A stretch of DNA of 64,000 nt from Nitrospinaceae bacterium (lineage in GTDB: Bacteria > Nitrospinota > Nitrospinia > Nitrospinales > Nitrospinaceae), in NCBI GenBank assembly GCA_965223665.1, contig OZ245011.1, positions 3,136,001-3,200,000 on the forward strand, in the 5' to 3' direction. The notes under the pieces were generated by a model that was given only the letters and a program-made list of their open reading frames with translations, searched no databases and had not been told where the DNA came from. Both the position numbers and the translations under genes were made by a program. This document shows, one piece after another, positions 1 through 9,957 of this stretch (its first letter is position 1; each line of letters opens with the position of its first letter).

Positions 1-778
1 CGCAAGAAAGGGCACCTAATTTTGCTGCTTCATAACATCCTCCTTGATGCGATAGTTCTTCTACATGTGCTCGTAAATCAAATCCTAATAACTTGGCTTG
101 TAAAAATAATTTTCGTAGATCTGCTGATGTGAACACCCCTTTTTCACAAAAAATATCGACCCCGTCTGCAAGTTCACGAAACCTGGGTAGATTCTCCATA
201 ATTGATTCAAAATAGGCCTCCTTTTTAATGCCGGGTGGAATTGCATGGGCTCCGAGATAAGTTAGAGTAATGGGGGAGGGAAATGCTTTGCGAAGTTTTT
301 GCCCAACGCGAAGGATTTTCATTTCATTTTTCAAGTCCAGTCCATAGCCGCTTTTAATTTCGAATGCGGTGGTTCCAAATGTAATCATTCGACGTATTCT
401 TTTTTTGGCTAAGCTTAATAACGTTTTTTCTGAAGATTCACGTGTCGCTCTTACAGTTTCATGGATACCCCTTCCTTTATTCAAAGTTTCCATATAAGAG
501 GTTCCGCTCATTCGATCTTCCATCTCCTTTTTTCGTTCACCTGCATAAATTAAATGGGTGTGGCAGTCCACTAATCCGGGGATTACTGCACGTCCCTTGA
601 GGTCAATTACCTGGCTGTAACGGTTGGATGGTTTTATTTCGGAGTCTCTTACTATCTTGTCAATTTTTCCATTTCGAACTAAAAGAGCACAGTTTTCTTT
701 GAGTCTTACTCCGGGTAAGGTGGAGTCATCAACTTGAACTAATTGACTAATATTTCGGAAACAAAGAGTATCGCTCAT
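1..778 (-). CDS. hutI: Imidazolonepropionase (5' part only; runs off the window's left edge)
   Basis: Not in the ORF track. Manual translation from ATG at 778 gives MSDTLCFRNISQLV...PGLVDCHTHLIYAGER...GTTAFEIKSGYGL...TYLGAHAIP...VDIFCEKGVF...AHVEEL, the HutI amidohydrolase motifs. Directly downstream of hutU. Confidence 0.93.
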   Translation of the reverse strand, partial: MSDTLCFRNISQLVQVDDSTLPGVRLKENCALLVRNGKIDKIVRDSEIKPSNRYSQVIDLKGRAVIPGLVDCHTHLIYAGERKKEMEDRMSGTSYMETLNKGRGIHETVRATRESSEKTLLSLAKKRIRRMITFGTTAFEIKSGYGLDLKNEMKILRVGQKLRKAFPSPITLTYLGAHAIPPGIKKEAYFESIMENLPRFRELADGVDIFCEKGVFTSADLRKLFLQAKLLGFDLRAHVEELSHQGGCYEAAKLGALSC

Positions 779-801
779 ATCAATTTCTCGAGCACTTTGG
801 A

Positions 802-2544
802 TTAAGGTTTTGGAAGATTTAGTTTTCGGTTAAATGCTACTTCTTTGGCTTGTTTATACCCAGCATCAAAATGTCGAGCTACCCCCAAACCGGGGTCGTT
901 GGTGAGTACGCGATCAAGGCGGTTAGCTTTGTCTTTAGAACCATCAGCTACGATTGCCATTCCAGCGTGTAATGAGTTACCCATGCCCACTCCTCCGCCA
1001 TGATGATAACTTACCCAACTTGCCCCAGAAACAGCGTTAACTGCAAAGTTTAAAAGTGGCCAGTCCGCCACAGCGTCGCTTCCATCTATCATATTTTCGG
1101 TTTCCCGGTTAGGTGATGCTACGCTACCACAATCCAAATGGTCTCGGCCAATAACAATTGGAGCTTTAACTTTATTTTTTTGAACTAGATGATTCATTAC
1201 TTGACCCATTTTTGCACGTTCACCATAACCCAACCAGCATACTCTTGTGGGTAAACCAAGAATAGGAACTTGAGCTTGTGCTTTTAAAATCCAACGGTGC
1301 AAATGTTTATTTTTAGGAAAGGTGTCCATCACCGCTCGGTCTACTGTATACAAATCTTTTTTACTTCCTGAAAGAATTGCCCATCGAAATGGACCTTGGC
1401 CCTCGCAAAATAAAGGGCGGATATATGAAGGCACAAAACCGGGGTAAATAAAGGTACCGTCTGACTTACGAACGGAAAGCCCTCCAAGCTCTGCTTGACC
1501 ACGTAAATTGTTTCCATAATCAAAAACAACCGCACCCAGGGTTTGAAATTGAATCATTGCACGGGTGTGTTTAACTATAGTGGCAAGTGACCGCTTACGA
1601 TATTCTTCAGGTGATCGATTCCGAAGTTTTAACAAACTATTATAATCTTTTCCCTCGGGAACATAATCCATCAAATTGTGGGCAGAAGTTTGATCAGTGA
1701 CGATATCAGGAATACGTTTCATTTTAACTAATTGCTCTGCAACCGTAGCCCCATTGGCAACAATTCCAACACTTATCGGTTGACGGTTTGCTAATCCCTC
1801 ATCAATTATTTTTAGGGCTTTTTCTAATGAAGTAACGACTTGATCGAGATAACCTTCTTTAAGCCGACGTTTTACTTGAGCAGGGTTGACCTCGGCAACT
1901 AAAACACAAGCCTCATTCATGGTGCCTGCTAAAGGTTGGGCGGCTCCCATGTTTCCTAATCCTGCAGTGTAAATCCAATTCCCCGAAAGTGTAGAAGCGT
2001 CAAAATCGATTTTCCCGCAAGCCCCAAATGTTTCATAGGTCCCTTGTAAGATTCCCTGGGTGCCAATATATATCCAGCTGCCTGCGGTCATTTGGCCATA
2101 CATCATCAATCCCATTTTGTCCAACTGGTCAAAATGTTCATCATCGGCATATTTAGGTACCAGATTCGAATTCGCTATAATTACCCGCGGGGCTGAGGGA
2201 TGTGATTTTGCCAAATAAACCGGTTTGCCAGATTGGACGCATAAGGTTTCATCGCGTTTTAAATTTTTTAGGGTTTTAACCAAACGATGGTATTCTTTCC
2301 AATTTCTCGCAGCTCTGCCTGATCCACCATAGACTATTAATTGTTTCCAATCTAAAGCCACCCGGTCATCTAAATTATTCTGAAGCATACGTAATGCGGC
2401 TTCAGTATCCCAGTCACAGCAACGTAAGGTAAGAGAAGTGCTAGCCCTTGGTGCTCGTTTTGGGCAGAGATTCATGAACATCGGACGAGATTTTAATGTT
2501 TTTGTGGGGGATTTATTCTTTGATTTGTTGGGGGTCACTTTCAT
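802..2544 (-). CDS. hutU: Urocanate hydratase
   Basis: YGGSGRAARNW, QSGKPV, GQMTAGSWIYIGTQGILQGTYET, TDQTSAH, GRDHLDCGSVASPNRETE and HHGGGVG motifs. Confidence 0.98.
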   Translation of the reverse strand: MKVTPNKSKNKSPTKTLKSRPMFMNLCPKRAPRASTSLTLRCCDWDTEAALRMLQNNLDDRVALDWKQLIVYGGSGRAARNWKEYHRLVKTLKNLKRDETLCVQSGKPVYLAKSHPSAPRVIIANSNLVPKYADDEHFDQLDKMGLMMYGQMTAGSWIYIGTQGILQGTYETFGACGKIDFDASTLSGNWIYTAGLGNMGAAQPLAGTMNEACVLVAEVNPAQVKRRLKEGYLDQVVTSLEKALKIIDEGLANRQPISVGIVANGATVAEQLVKMKRIPDIVTDQTSAHNLMDYVPEGKDYNSLLKLRNRSPEEYRKRSLATIVKHTRAMIQFQTLGAVVFDYGNNLRGQAELGGLSVRKSDGTFIYPGFVPSYIRPLFCEGQGPFRWAILSGSKKDLYTVDRAVMDTFPKNKHLHRWILKAQAQVPILGLPTRVCWLGYGERAKMGQVMNHLVQKNKVKAPIVIGRDHLDCGSVASPNRETENMIDGSDAVADWPLLNFAVNAVSGASWVSYHHGGGVGMGNSLHAGMAIVADGSKDKANRLDRVLTNDPGLGVARHFDAGYKQAKEVAFNRKLNLPKP

Positions 2545-2644
2545 ACTGTTTTATTATTGGAGAACAATTTGTAAGTGAACAATTTTTTGAAAAGTTGTAA
2601 TCCGAATTTAGGATAAGATTACTTATTCCATATTATCATTTTGG

Positions 2645-3565
2645 TCACAATCTTGTCAGTTTTCGCGAAGCTAAACCTAAACAGAAGTGGTAGAAAATAT
2701 TTACCGCTAACCGACCGGTCCGTTCTTCTTCAATTAGAGGATTGTATTCAGAAAGATCAAATAATTGTACTTTGGGATTGCTACCTGCCACCAAAGCAAT
2801 TTCTATTGCATCCCTTGCGGTTAACCCCATGGGGCTGGGACATGAAACACCCGGAGAATCAGATGAGCAAATGGAATCCATATCGAAACTCACGAATATA
2901 TTGTCACAATCCCAGGCTAATTTACCCAGAGCGCACCGAAAGGCATTTTCTACGGCTTCTTCTTTATATATATCTGATAACCAAACGATATGACCACCAT
3001 GGTCTTTTACGAACTTGGTGTGTTCCGCACTGCATTGACTGCCTTGTGATGCAAATTCAATCAGATGTTTCCCTGAAAAGCGAGGGTCTTCCAACATTAA
3101 TCTAAAGGGAGAACCACTATGCGCTCGATTATTTTTTAAAGGACGGACATCCAAATGAGCATCAATGTTGATGACACCAACAGTTTTTTTGGATTGGTGA
3201 TTTAATAAAGCACAAAAGTTTGGGAAAGATTGGTCATTTCCACCACCCAGGACAAAGGGTATAGAATTTTTTTTTAATATTGATTCAACTTTATTGGTTA
3301 ATTCCTTGTGAGCTTGTTCCAAGGGGAGTCCAGATTCGATATTCCCGGCGTCTGATATATTTATCGTGTTCAAATCCAATTGAAATTCAGGATTGATGGC
3401 CGTTCCAAACCTCTGAATCCATTGACGAAATTTGTCTGGTCCTAAAGCAGACCCGGACCTTCCACCGTTTATTTCAACCCCTTGATCATATGGAAATCCA
3501 AGAAGGACTATATCTCCTTGATCAGATTGCCGAATTAGATCAGCTAAACGTGCGTCATTATTCAT
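2645..3565 (-). CDS. hutG: Formimidoylglutamase (arginase/ureohydrolase family)
   Basis: GGGND, IDAHLD and DMDS...PGVS ureohydrolase motifs; first gene of the hutG-hutU-hutI run. Confidence 0.88.
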   Translation of the reverse strand: MNNDARLADLIRQSDQGDIVLLGFPYDQGVEINGGRSGSALGPDKFRQWIQRFGTAINPEFQLDLNTINISDAGNIESGLPLEQAHKELTNKVESILKKNSIPFVLGGGNDQSFPNFCALLNHQSKKTVGVINIDAHLDVRPLKNNRAHSGSPFRLMLEDPRFSGKHLIEFASQGSQCSAEHTKFVKDHGGHIVWLSDIYKEEAVENAFRCALGKLAWDCDNIFVSFDMDSICSSDSPGVSCPSPMGLTARDAIEIALVAGSNPKVQLFDLSEYNPLIEEERTGRLAVNIFYHFCLGLASRKLTRL

Positions 3566-3767
3566 AAGGCTCCTATAGTCTGTTATAGTTGTTTTTTAAA
3601 TTGAGCGAATTTCATGGTTTTATGGAAATATTTCGTATTTTTCCTCTAAGCAATTTACCCGTTCCAACCTTTATTATCAAGGGTTCTGGCTTGTGTTCTT
3701 AATGAGGATTTGTTAGTATTTTTGCATTCAACCTTTATTTTAAGAAATCAATTGTAGGAGATTTAAC

Positions 3768-4082
3768 ATGTCAAGTTCCGTAGAAGCGTTAAAGCAGGCT
3801 GTAATCCTGGAAAAACAAGCTTTGGAACAATATCAAATTGCCTCGGAAAATTCACTTCATTCAGAAACCAAGCAAGAGTTAGAAAAGTATCTTTCAGATA
3901 AGCAGCAAAAAATCGATGCTCTTTCTTGGATGATAATGGCAGAATCCGGGACCTTAGAGAAATCAGACGAAGCTCCAAAAGAAAACGGGGCGCAAAAACT
4001 GGCTGCCGGGAAATGTCCTTTTTCTGGGGAACTGGCTAAAATGGGAATCGATATCACAAAAATGTCGAAACCTGATTTATAA
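3768..4082 (+). CDS. Small protein with half ferritin/rubrerythrin-like helix pair and C-terminal KCPF motif
   Basis: RBS AGGAG upstream. ALKQAVILEKQALEQY...ETKQELEKY resembles the N-half of rubrerythrin, but ExxH is missing. Confidence 0.55.
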   Translation: MSSSVEALKQAVILEKQALEQYQIASENSLHSETKQELEKYLSDKQQKIDALSWMIMAESGTLEKSDEAPKENGAQKLAAGKCPFSGELAKMGIDITKMSKPDL

Positions 4083-4088
4083 TTTTTT

Positions 4089-4523
4089 TTGAATTTTCGA
4101 ATGAGTTTGCAATCGCCTAGTGAAATTTTAATTGAATGTGGAGCATGTGGAATTGAAAATATTTATTCAGACTATTCGCCTGATAAATTTTTAATATGCA
4201 ATCAATGTCGAGATGGTTTATTGCACCCAAATTTCAATGACACTCACAATGAATACCGATGTCAAGATTGTGGATTTTCGGTTTGTTTATTAAAAGAAAC
4301 TGAATTTGAAGTTGGTAACACACCATGTAGATGTAGCAGTTTAAATATTTTGCCTATTAAGCCTTCCCAGCTTTATGATTCAGCAAATAAAGCCGGGGCT
4401 TTCAATTTTGAAGAGGACTTAGAGAAAGGAAGTAGCTTTGATTGGTATCGTTCGGAACCTGAGAACAAGGATTCCTTAAAGGACTATAATGAAATGTTTG
4501 ATCAGGATCCGGGAGCTAATTGA
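4089..4523 (+). CDS. Cys-rich putative double zinc-ribbon protein (start uncertain)
   Basis: CGAC, CNQC, CQDC and CRC Cys groups; acidic C-terminal tail. Confidence 0.6.
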   Translation: MNFRMSLQSPSEILIECGACGIENIYSDYSPDKFLICNQCRDGLLHPNFNDTHNEYRCQDCGFSVCLLKETEFEVGNTPCRCSSLNILPIKPSQLYDSANKAGAFNFEEDLEKGSSFDWYRSEPENKDSLKDYNEMFDQDPGAN

Positions 4524-4618
4524 ACCCTATGAGATAAATATTAATTCAAATAAGTCTCAAATAATGGGAGCAACACCTCTGGTTGATAGAATAGGGTTTT
4601 TTTGGAGGGGAATTCTAT

Positions 4619-5818
4619 ATGGGTATCAAAGCGCCCATTTCTGGCTCGTTATGGGAAGAAAATATTAAAAAAGCGGTTTCCTTATTTCGCAATAATCGAG
4701 GGTTCTTTTTTACGGGTTATCTTGATGGCGATGCTTTAGGAACTATGCTGTCACTTGCTCTTTATCTACGGCAATTAGAAAAAAAAATATTCCTCTTTTT
4801 ACCTCATCCACTAAAAACTAATTTTGACTTTTTAGATGCAATAATCCGTCATAATAATATAGAAGTTGTTCATAACAAATCCGCCCTTCCTAAAATAAAA
4901 AATGAAATTGATACCTTAATTGTTTGCGATACCGCCAATGCACAGCTAATTCCAAACATTTCAGAAATGTCATCGTTTATTTTGGATCCGCAAGTATCAG
5001 TATTGGAAATTGATCATCATTTTGGGACAGACAGTGATGCGGTGTCTGCCCGTTCTATTCGTTTATTCCGAAAAGCAAACGCTTGTACTGAAATTGCTGC
5101 TGAACTATTACAAAAGTTTCATAGCTCTTTCCCCCATTTACCCAATCCCTTTGTCCAAAGGAATATTCTTCTTTGCCTATTAATTGGAATGGTTACCGAT
5201 ACTGCAGGTGGAAAGGTTATCCCTATTAAGGAAGATTATTTGTATTGGATTGAAGTTTTAGGTGACCAACTTAAAAACGGAACTTTCTCTTATCCAAAAG
5301 AGTTTTCACCATCTGTTTTAGAAAAAAATTTTTCTTCTCCAGAGGACCTTTTGGACCATATTCACCAGTTAACACCAGAGCAAAATAGGTATGTTGAAAA
5401 CTTTAAAAAACGTATTCAAAAAAGAAATGGTGTGGGACAACTTAATTTGCTAGATTCTTCTATCCTTGAAGTTTGCAATGGCGAGATTATGGGGGACTTA
5501 GAATGTCTCACAGTAATAAAGGAATATCTGGTCAATAAAGTTCCCGAAGAATCAGGTAAAATTGGATTGTTATTTTTTAATGGTATGGACCCGCAAGAAC
5601 ACCCATGTATCTATATTAAATTAAGGCGCAGTACTGAATATGATGGAATTGACTTGAGAGCGGTAGAAAAAAAACTTTTGTCGATCTTTGAAAACGATTA
5701 TATAGGGGGTGGGGGACATCCCTCAGCAGTGTCTTTCCGGGTTCGTTCTATGGAAGAAGAAGAATTTATAAAAAAAATAAACCAGCTCTTGAACTACTTT
5801 CAAAACTACTTTTCCTAA
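4619..5818 (+). CDS. DHH/DHHA1 family phosphoesterase
   Basis: DGDALG, VCDTA, IDHH, VTDTAG and C-terminal GGGHPSAV motifs; RBS GGAGG. Confidence 0.85.
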   Translation: MGIKAPISGSLWEENIKKAVSLFRNNRGFFFTGYLDGDALGTMLSLALYLRQLEKKIFLFLPHPLKTNFDFLDAIIRHNNIEVVHNKSALPKIKNEIDTLIVCDTANAQLIPNISEMSSFILDPQVSVLEIDHHFGTDSDAVSARSIRLFRKANACTEIAAELLQKFHSSFPHLPNPFVQRNILLCLLIGMVTDTAGGKVIPIKEDYLYWIEVLGDQLKNGTFSYPKEFSPSVLEKNFSSPEDLLDHIHQLTPEQNRYVENFKKRIQKRNGVGQLNLLDSSILEVCNGEIMGDLECLTVIKEYLVNKVPEESGKIGLLFFNGMDPQEHPCIYIKLRRSTEYDGIDLRAVEKKLLSIFENDYIGGGGHPSAVSFRVRSMEEEEFIKKINQLLNYFQNYFS

Positions 5819-5834
5819 TTTGTTTAAAAAAACC

Positions 5835-7448
5835 TTATCGTGCGATTTTAACTTTTTTCAAATAAAGTAATTCCATGGCATTGGTTTCAAGACCTTGGAT
5901 ATAAGGTTTTACCAAAATGTTTTGGGCTGAAGTGAAAAGCGAGATAATAGGGGTATCTTTTTCCGTCAATATTTTTTGAGCTCGATCGTAAATTGATTTT
6001 CTTAATTGTAAATTTTGTTCAGCTGCTCCTTGTTGAATAAGTTGGTCGTAAGTCGAATTTCCCCATCTCAAATGGTTGTTCCCACTACTGGAAGTAAATA
6101 AATTCATAAAATTATCAGGATCTGGAAAGTCTGCTCCCCACCCTAATCGAAAAATAGAAGGTGGATCCACTTTTAAGCGGCTCAAAAAAACTTTCCATTC
6201 CTGGTCTTCCAATTGAGCATGTATATTTAAATGCTCTTTCCATTGGGCTTGAATAAACTGGGCAATTAATCGGTTTGCTGGGTCGGAGTTATAAGTGATG
6301 CTGAATTCTGGAAAATTTTTTCCATTGGGATATCCTGCCGAGCTTAACAACTTGTTGGCTTTTTCAGGATTAAATTTAGGTCCTATTTTTTTATTATATC
6401 CAAACATCCCTTTTGGGATCCAGGATGCTGAAGGCAACTCTCCTCCATTTAAAATTTTTGGGATTCTTTTCCGGTCGATTGCATAAGCTAATGCTTGGCG
6501 AATTCGAACATCGTCAAAGGGTGGCTTTTGAACATTAAATCCATAATAATATCCTCTTAATAAAGGAAGGTTTAAATACTCAGGACTGTTTTGATAATGG
6601 GGTATTGCCACGGGTGGTAATTCTACCATATCCAATTCTCCTGTCTCATAAAGAGTTAATTCGGTTGTGGCTTCTCGGACGATATAAATATTTATTTGAT
6701 CAATTTCAGGAGGACCTTCATAAAAACTTTTATTAGCATTTAAGACCAGTTTGTATTCGTGCTGCCATTCTTTTAATAAAAAGGGACCATTGGTAATAAT
6801 ATTTTTAGGGTCCGTCCAATGGTCTCCAAAACGCTCAATCACATCTTTTCTTAGGGGAAAAGTCACCATAAATGTTGTGATGCTTGGGAAATAAATAACT
6901 GGCCGTTTTAATCGAACTTGTAATACTGATGGAGATAAAGCCCTTACTCCTACTTGGTCTGCATTTTTAATTTTGCCAGAGTTATATTCGTAAGCGTTTT
7001 CTATATCGAAAAGAAAATAGGCGTATTCAGCTGCCGTTGCGGGGTTTAATAATCGCTTCCAGGAGTATTCGAAGTCCCCGGCAGTAACCAACTTCCCATC
7101 TGACCATTTGACATCATTACGTAAAAAAAAAGTTAAGGTTCGCCCCTGATCGGAAAATTCCCACCGTTTCGCAATTGCTGGAACAGGTTCGAGTTTTGAA
7201 TTGTATTGGGTGAGACCTTCCATAATATTCGTCAAAATATCAAACGAGACGTTATCTGTTGCCAAAGACCCATCTAAAGTAGGGGGTTCAGCCTTTATGG
7301 CGATTCTCAAAGTATTTTGCGAATTGCTTGTTACTTCAATATCTCCACACCCCAATAAAAATACCAACGGTAAAACTACCAAACCAATCGAGTGACTAAC
7401 TATTTGATTTCTAAGGACATATTTTTTAGATTGCATGGAGACAAGCAT
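5835..7448 (-). CDS. Peptide ABC transporter substrate-binding lipoprotein (OppA-like, family 5)
   Basis: Lipobox LLGC; EGLT...PAIAKRWEFS, WSDGKLVTAGDFEYSW, NGPF, PPFDDVRIRQAL and GWGADFPDP motifs. Confidence 0.92.
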   Translation of the reverse strand: MLVSMQSKKYVLRNQIVSHSIGLVVLPLVFLLGCGDIEVTSNSQNTLRIAIKAEPPTLDGSLATDNVSFDILTNIMEGLTQYNSKLEPVPAIAKRWEFSDQGRTLTFFLRNDVKWSDGKLVTAGDFEYSWKRLLNPATAAEYAYFLFDIENAYEYNSGKIKNADQVGVRALSPSVLQVRLKRPVIYFPSITTFMVTFPLRKDVIERFGDHWTDPKNIITNGPFLLKEWQHEYKLVLNANKSFYEGPPEIDQINIYIVREATTELTLYETGELDMVELPPVAIPHYQNSPEYLNLPLLRGYYYGFNVQKPPFDDVRIRQALAYAIDRKRIPKILNGGELPSASWIPKGMFGYNKKIGPKFNPEKANKLLSSAGYPNGKNFPEFSITYNSDPANRLIAQFIQAQWKEHLNIHAQLEDQEWKVFLSRLKVDPPSIFRLGWGADFPDPDNFMNLFTSSSGNNHLRWGNSTYDQLIQQGAAEQNLQLRKSIYDRAQKILTEKDTPIISLFTSAQNILVKPYIQGLETNAMELLYLKKVKIAR

Positions 7449-7577
7449 AGCATTGTTGATCGGTTTTATAAAGATGGTCCCAATATTCCTTTAGATAGTT
7501 TCCCTGGTTGCGGAATAACCCTTTACTTTTCCTGCGACATCGATAAAATTGGAGGTTTCCATTAACCTTTTTAAATC

Positions 7578-8267
7578 TTGGAAGTTATGGTACCCCGTCC
7601 ATCCACAGACGATATTACATGGATACGACGCTGGATAAAAAAGGGTCTGAGTAAGGATAAAAAGACTTTGGATTTATCTAATCGACGTTTTAACATGCAC
7701 ATCGCTATTGATGTAGCTGAAAACATGGCTGTTCCCGGAATTGAGACCCTTTATATGCATAATTGCTGGTTGAAGGATGCTTACCTTGAAGAATTGGTAG
7801 AGGGTGATTTGTTTGAACCAGTAAAATTTCTTTGGATGTATGAAAACCTCATTAAAAGTAGTGGCGTGGAATATTTAGCCGAATCCCCTAAATTAAATAA
7901 TGTCAAATACCTCAGTCTTTACTCCAATAAAATTGGTCCTGAAGGAGCTGAAGCAATAGCTGAGTCAGATTCACTTTCGGGTTTAGAGACATTAGATCTT
8001 TCCTTTAATAGAATTGCTGATGAAGGAGCCGTGGCTTTGGCCAACTCACGCAACCTTAGTAAACTAAAAGTATTACATTTAGATGCTAATGGGATTGGAG
8101 CAGCAGGGATGGAGGCTTTGGCCGAAGGGAAAGGCCTAAAAAATCTAAGATGTTTGTATATGACTTACAACCGCATGGAACCCGATGGATTGGAAATCCT
8201 CCAAACTTCTGAGCGTTTGAAAGCTCTAAAAGAATTTAAGTCAGATGCTCCGGAGGATGATGACTAA
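7578..8267 (+). CDS. Leucine-rich repeat protein (RI-like, about 28-aa repeats)
   Basis: Repeated LxxLxLxxNxIGxxGAxALAxS units. Confidence 0.85.
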   Translation: MEVMVPRPSTDDITWIRRWIKKGLSKDKKTLDLSNRRFNMHIAIDVAENMAVPGIETLYMHNCWLKDAYLEELVEGDLFEPVKFLWMYENLIKSSGVEYLAESPKLNNVKYLSLYSNKIGPEGAEAIAESDSLSGLETLDLSFNRIADEGAVALANSRNLSKLKVLHLDANGIGAAGMEALAEGKGLKNLRCLYMTYNRMEPDGLEILQTSERLKALKEFKSDAPEDDD

Positions 8268-9750
8268 ATCCAATACTTTACAATCCAATGAAGAACGAAT
8301 TTTACGCGTTCTTGAAGATGGTTTATTGTTGCAATCCTCCCATCTAAACCTCAGTTATGAATCCCTGGGTGATTTGGGAGTGATTTTTCTGGCTCGTAAA
8401 AAAGATTTATCCCATGTTACTTATTTGGATTTGAGCTGGAACCGGGTTGCAGATCTTGGCGTAAAAGCTTTGGCGAATTGTACTTACCTTAAAAATCTAA
8501 GGCATTTAGTTTTAGAGTCCAATGATATTTCGGATAGTGGCGCATTGGCCCTCGCCCAATCAAAGTTTCTGCCAAATTTAAAAACTTTAAGTTTGGTTAA
8601 TAATCACGTGGGTGAATTAGGGGCGCTTCATTTAATTAAATCCCCAAAGCTAGAACAATTAAACGTTTTAGAACTTGAATTGAATAAAATTGGAGAAACT
8701 CCTTTATCGGATTATCCTGATGGTCCTGCAAACCCTAAGCTAAATCGATTAAATGTGCGACGGAACTTTATTAATAATGAAGTTTTATCAAATTGGTTAC
8801 AAGCAGGAGTATTTACTCCTTTAAATCATGTCAATTTGGGGTGGAATCTATTGACTGACTTGGGGGCAAAACAAATTTCTCAGTCTCCCACTGTAAAAAG
8901 TGTAGAAACTTTAATTTTGGATTCAAACTATATCGGTAATGAGGGTGCTAAGGCTTTGGCGGAGTCCAAAAACCTATTAAAATTACGTGAACTTTTCATG
9001 CATGATAATAAGTTCAATCGGACTGGTGAGCATTCGTTGAATGATTTCCATCTTCGTCAATTGATAAACAATAACCTGAAGGATTCTACCCTGAATCTAA
9101 ATGGTCAACGTCTGGGGAACAAAGGCTTGGCAGCTTTAGCCCGATGTGATGCACTCGTTAACGTAGAAACACTTTCTCTTCGTAACAATTTTTTTGATCA
9201 CAAAGGTTTGGAAGTTTTACTGAATAGTGAGTTTCTACAGAATCTTAGTTCTTTGAACCTCATGCATAATAAAATTGGAAATAAGGGTGCTTTGATTCTA
9301 TCCCTGGCAACCTCAGTCAAAGGATTAAAAAAACTAAATCTTGAGGGTACGGATTTAAGCAAAGCAGGTGTGTTGGCATTAGCAATTTCTGAAAATCTTA
9401 GAGAATTAGAAGAGCTCAATTTAAGCGGCAATTTTATCGGGGATTCTGGTTTAGAAACTTTAGTGGCTTCAAAGAATGTAGCAAATTTAAAGAAACTATT
9501 TTTATGGAAAACGGATATAGGTGACTCTAGTTTAAGTGCACTAACGAAATGCTCCTATTTAGGAAAACTGAATGAATTGCGTTTAAGTAATAACCGAATT
9601 GGTCCTGAAGGAATCAAAGAATTTGCTAATTCTTCTAATTTTAAAAACCTACAAACCCTCGATTTACGCAACAACCTGTACTCCATAAATACTTTCATTC
9701 TTTTCAAAGAAGGAAAGAAATTCCAATCTCTCGAGGAATTAAGATTTTAA
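8245..9750 (+). CDS. Leucine-rich repeat protein (RI-like); true start may be 8257/8260
   Basis: More than a dozen LxxLxLxxNxIxxxGxxALA repeats; overlaps the upstream LRR stop codon. Confidence 0.88.
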   Translation: MLRRMMTKSNTLQSNEERILRVLEDGLLLQSSHLNLSYESLGDLGVIFLARKKDLSHVTYLDLSWNRVADLGVKALANCTYLKNLRHLVLESNDISDSGALALAQSKFLPNLKTLSLVNNHVGELGALHLIKSPKLEQLNVLELELNKIGETPLSDYPDGPANPKLNRLNVRRNFINNEVLSNWLQAGVFTPLNHVNLGWNLLTDLGAKQISQSPTVKSVETLILDSNYIGNEGAKALAESKNLLKLRELFMHDNKFNRTGEHSLNDFHLRQLINNNLKDSTLNLNGQRLGNKGLAALARCDALVNVETLSLRNNFFDHKGLEVLLNSEFLQNLSSLNLMHNKIGNKGALILSLATSVKGLKKLNLEGTDLSKAGVLALAISENLRELEELNLSGNFIGDSGLETLVASKNVANLKKLFLWKTDIGDSSLSALTKCSYLGKLNELRLSNNRIGPEGIKEFANSSNFKNLQTLDLRNNLYSINTFILFKEGKKFQSLEELRF

Positions 9751-9957
9751 TTTATTTTGAAAATTTCTTTTAAATCGTATCAGCTTAACCTCCAAGCAAA
9801 ATTACCCGAACGATTTGATTCTAGCTGTTATAGGGTCTTTTATTTCTAATCTGACATTTTCAATTCTTTAAATATCTGTTTTTCTTAACTTTGGGTTAAG
9901 ATTTGTATCGTTGCGAAATTTGATGGATTGGCTGGATAATGGTATTATCATTTCATC

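Noticed and set aside
2641-3105. 154-aa plus-strand ORF and other short overlapping ORFs in the track
   Set aside because: They overlap well-supported genes, lack recognisable motifs, and are best explained as shadow ORFs.
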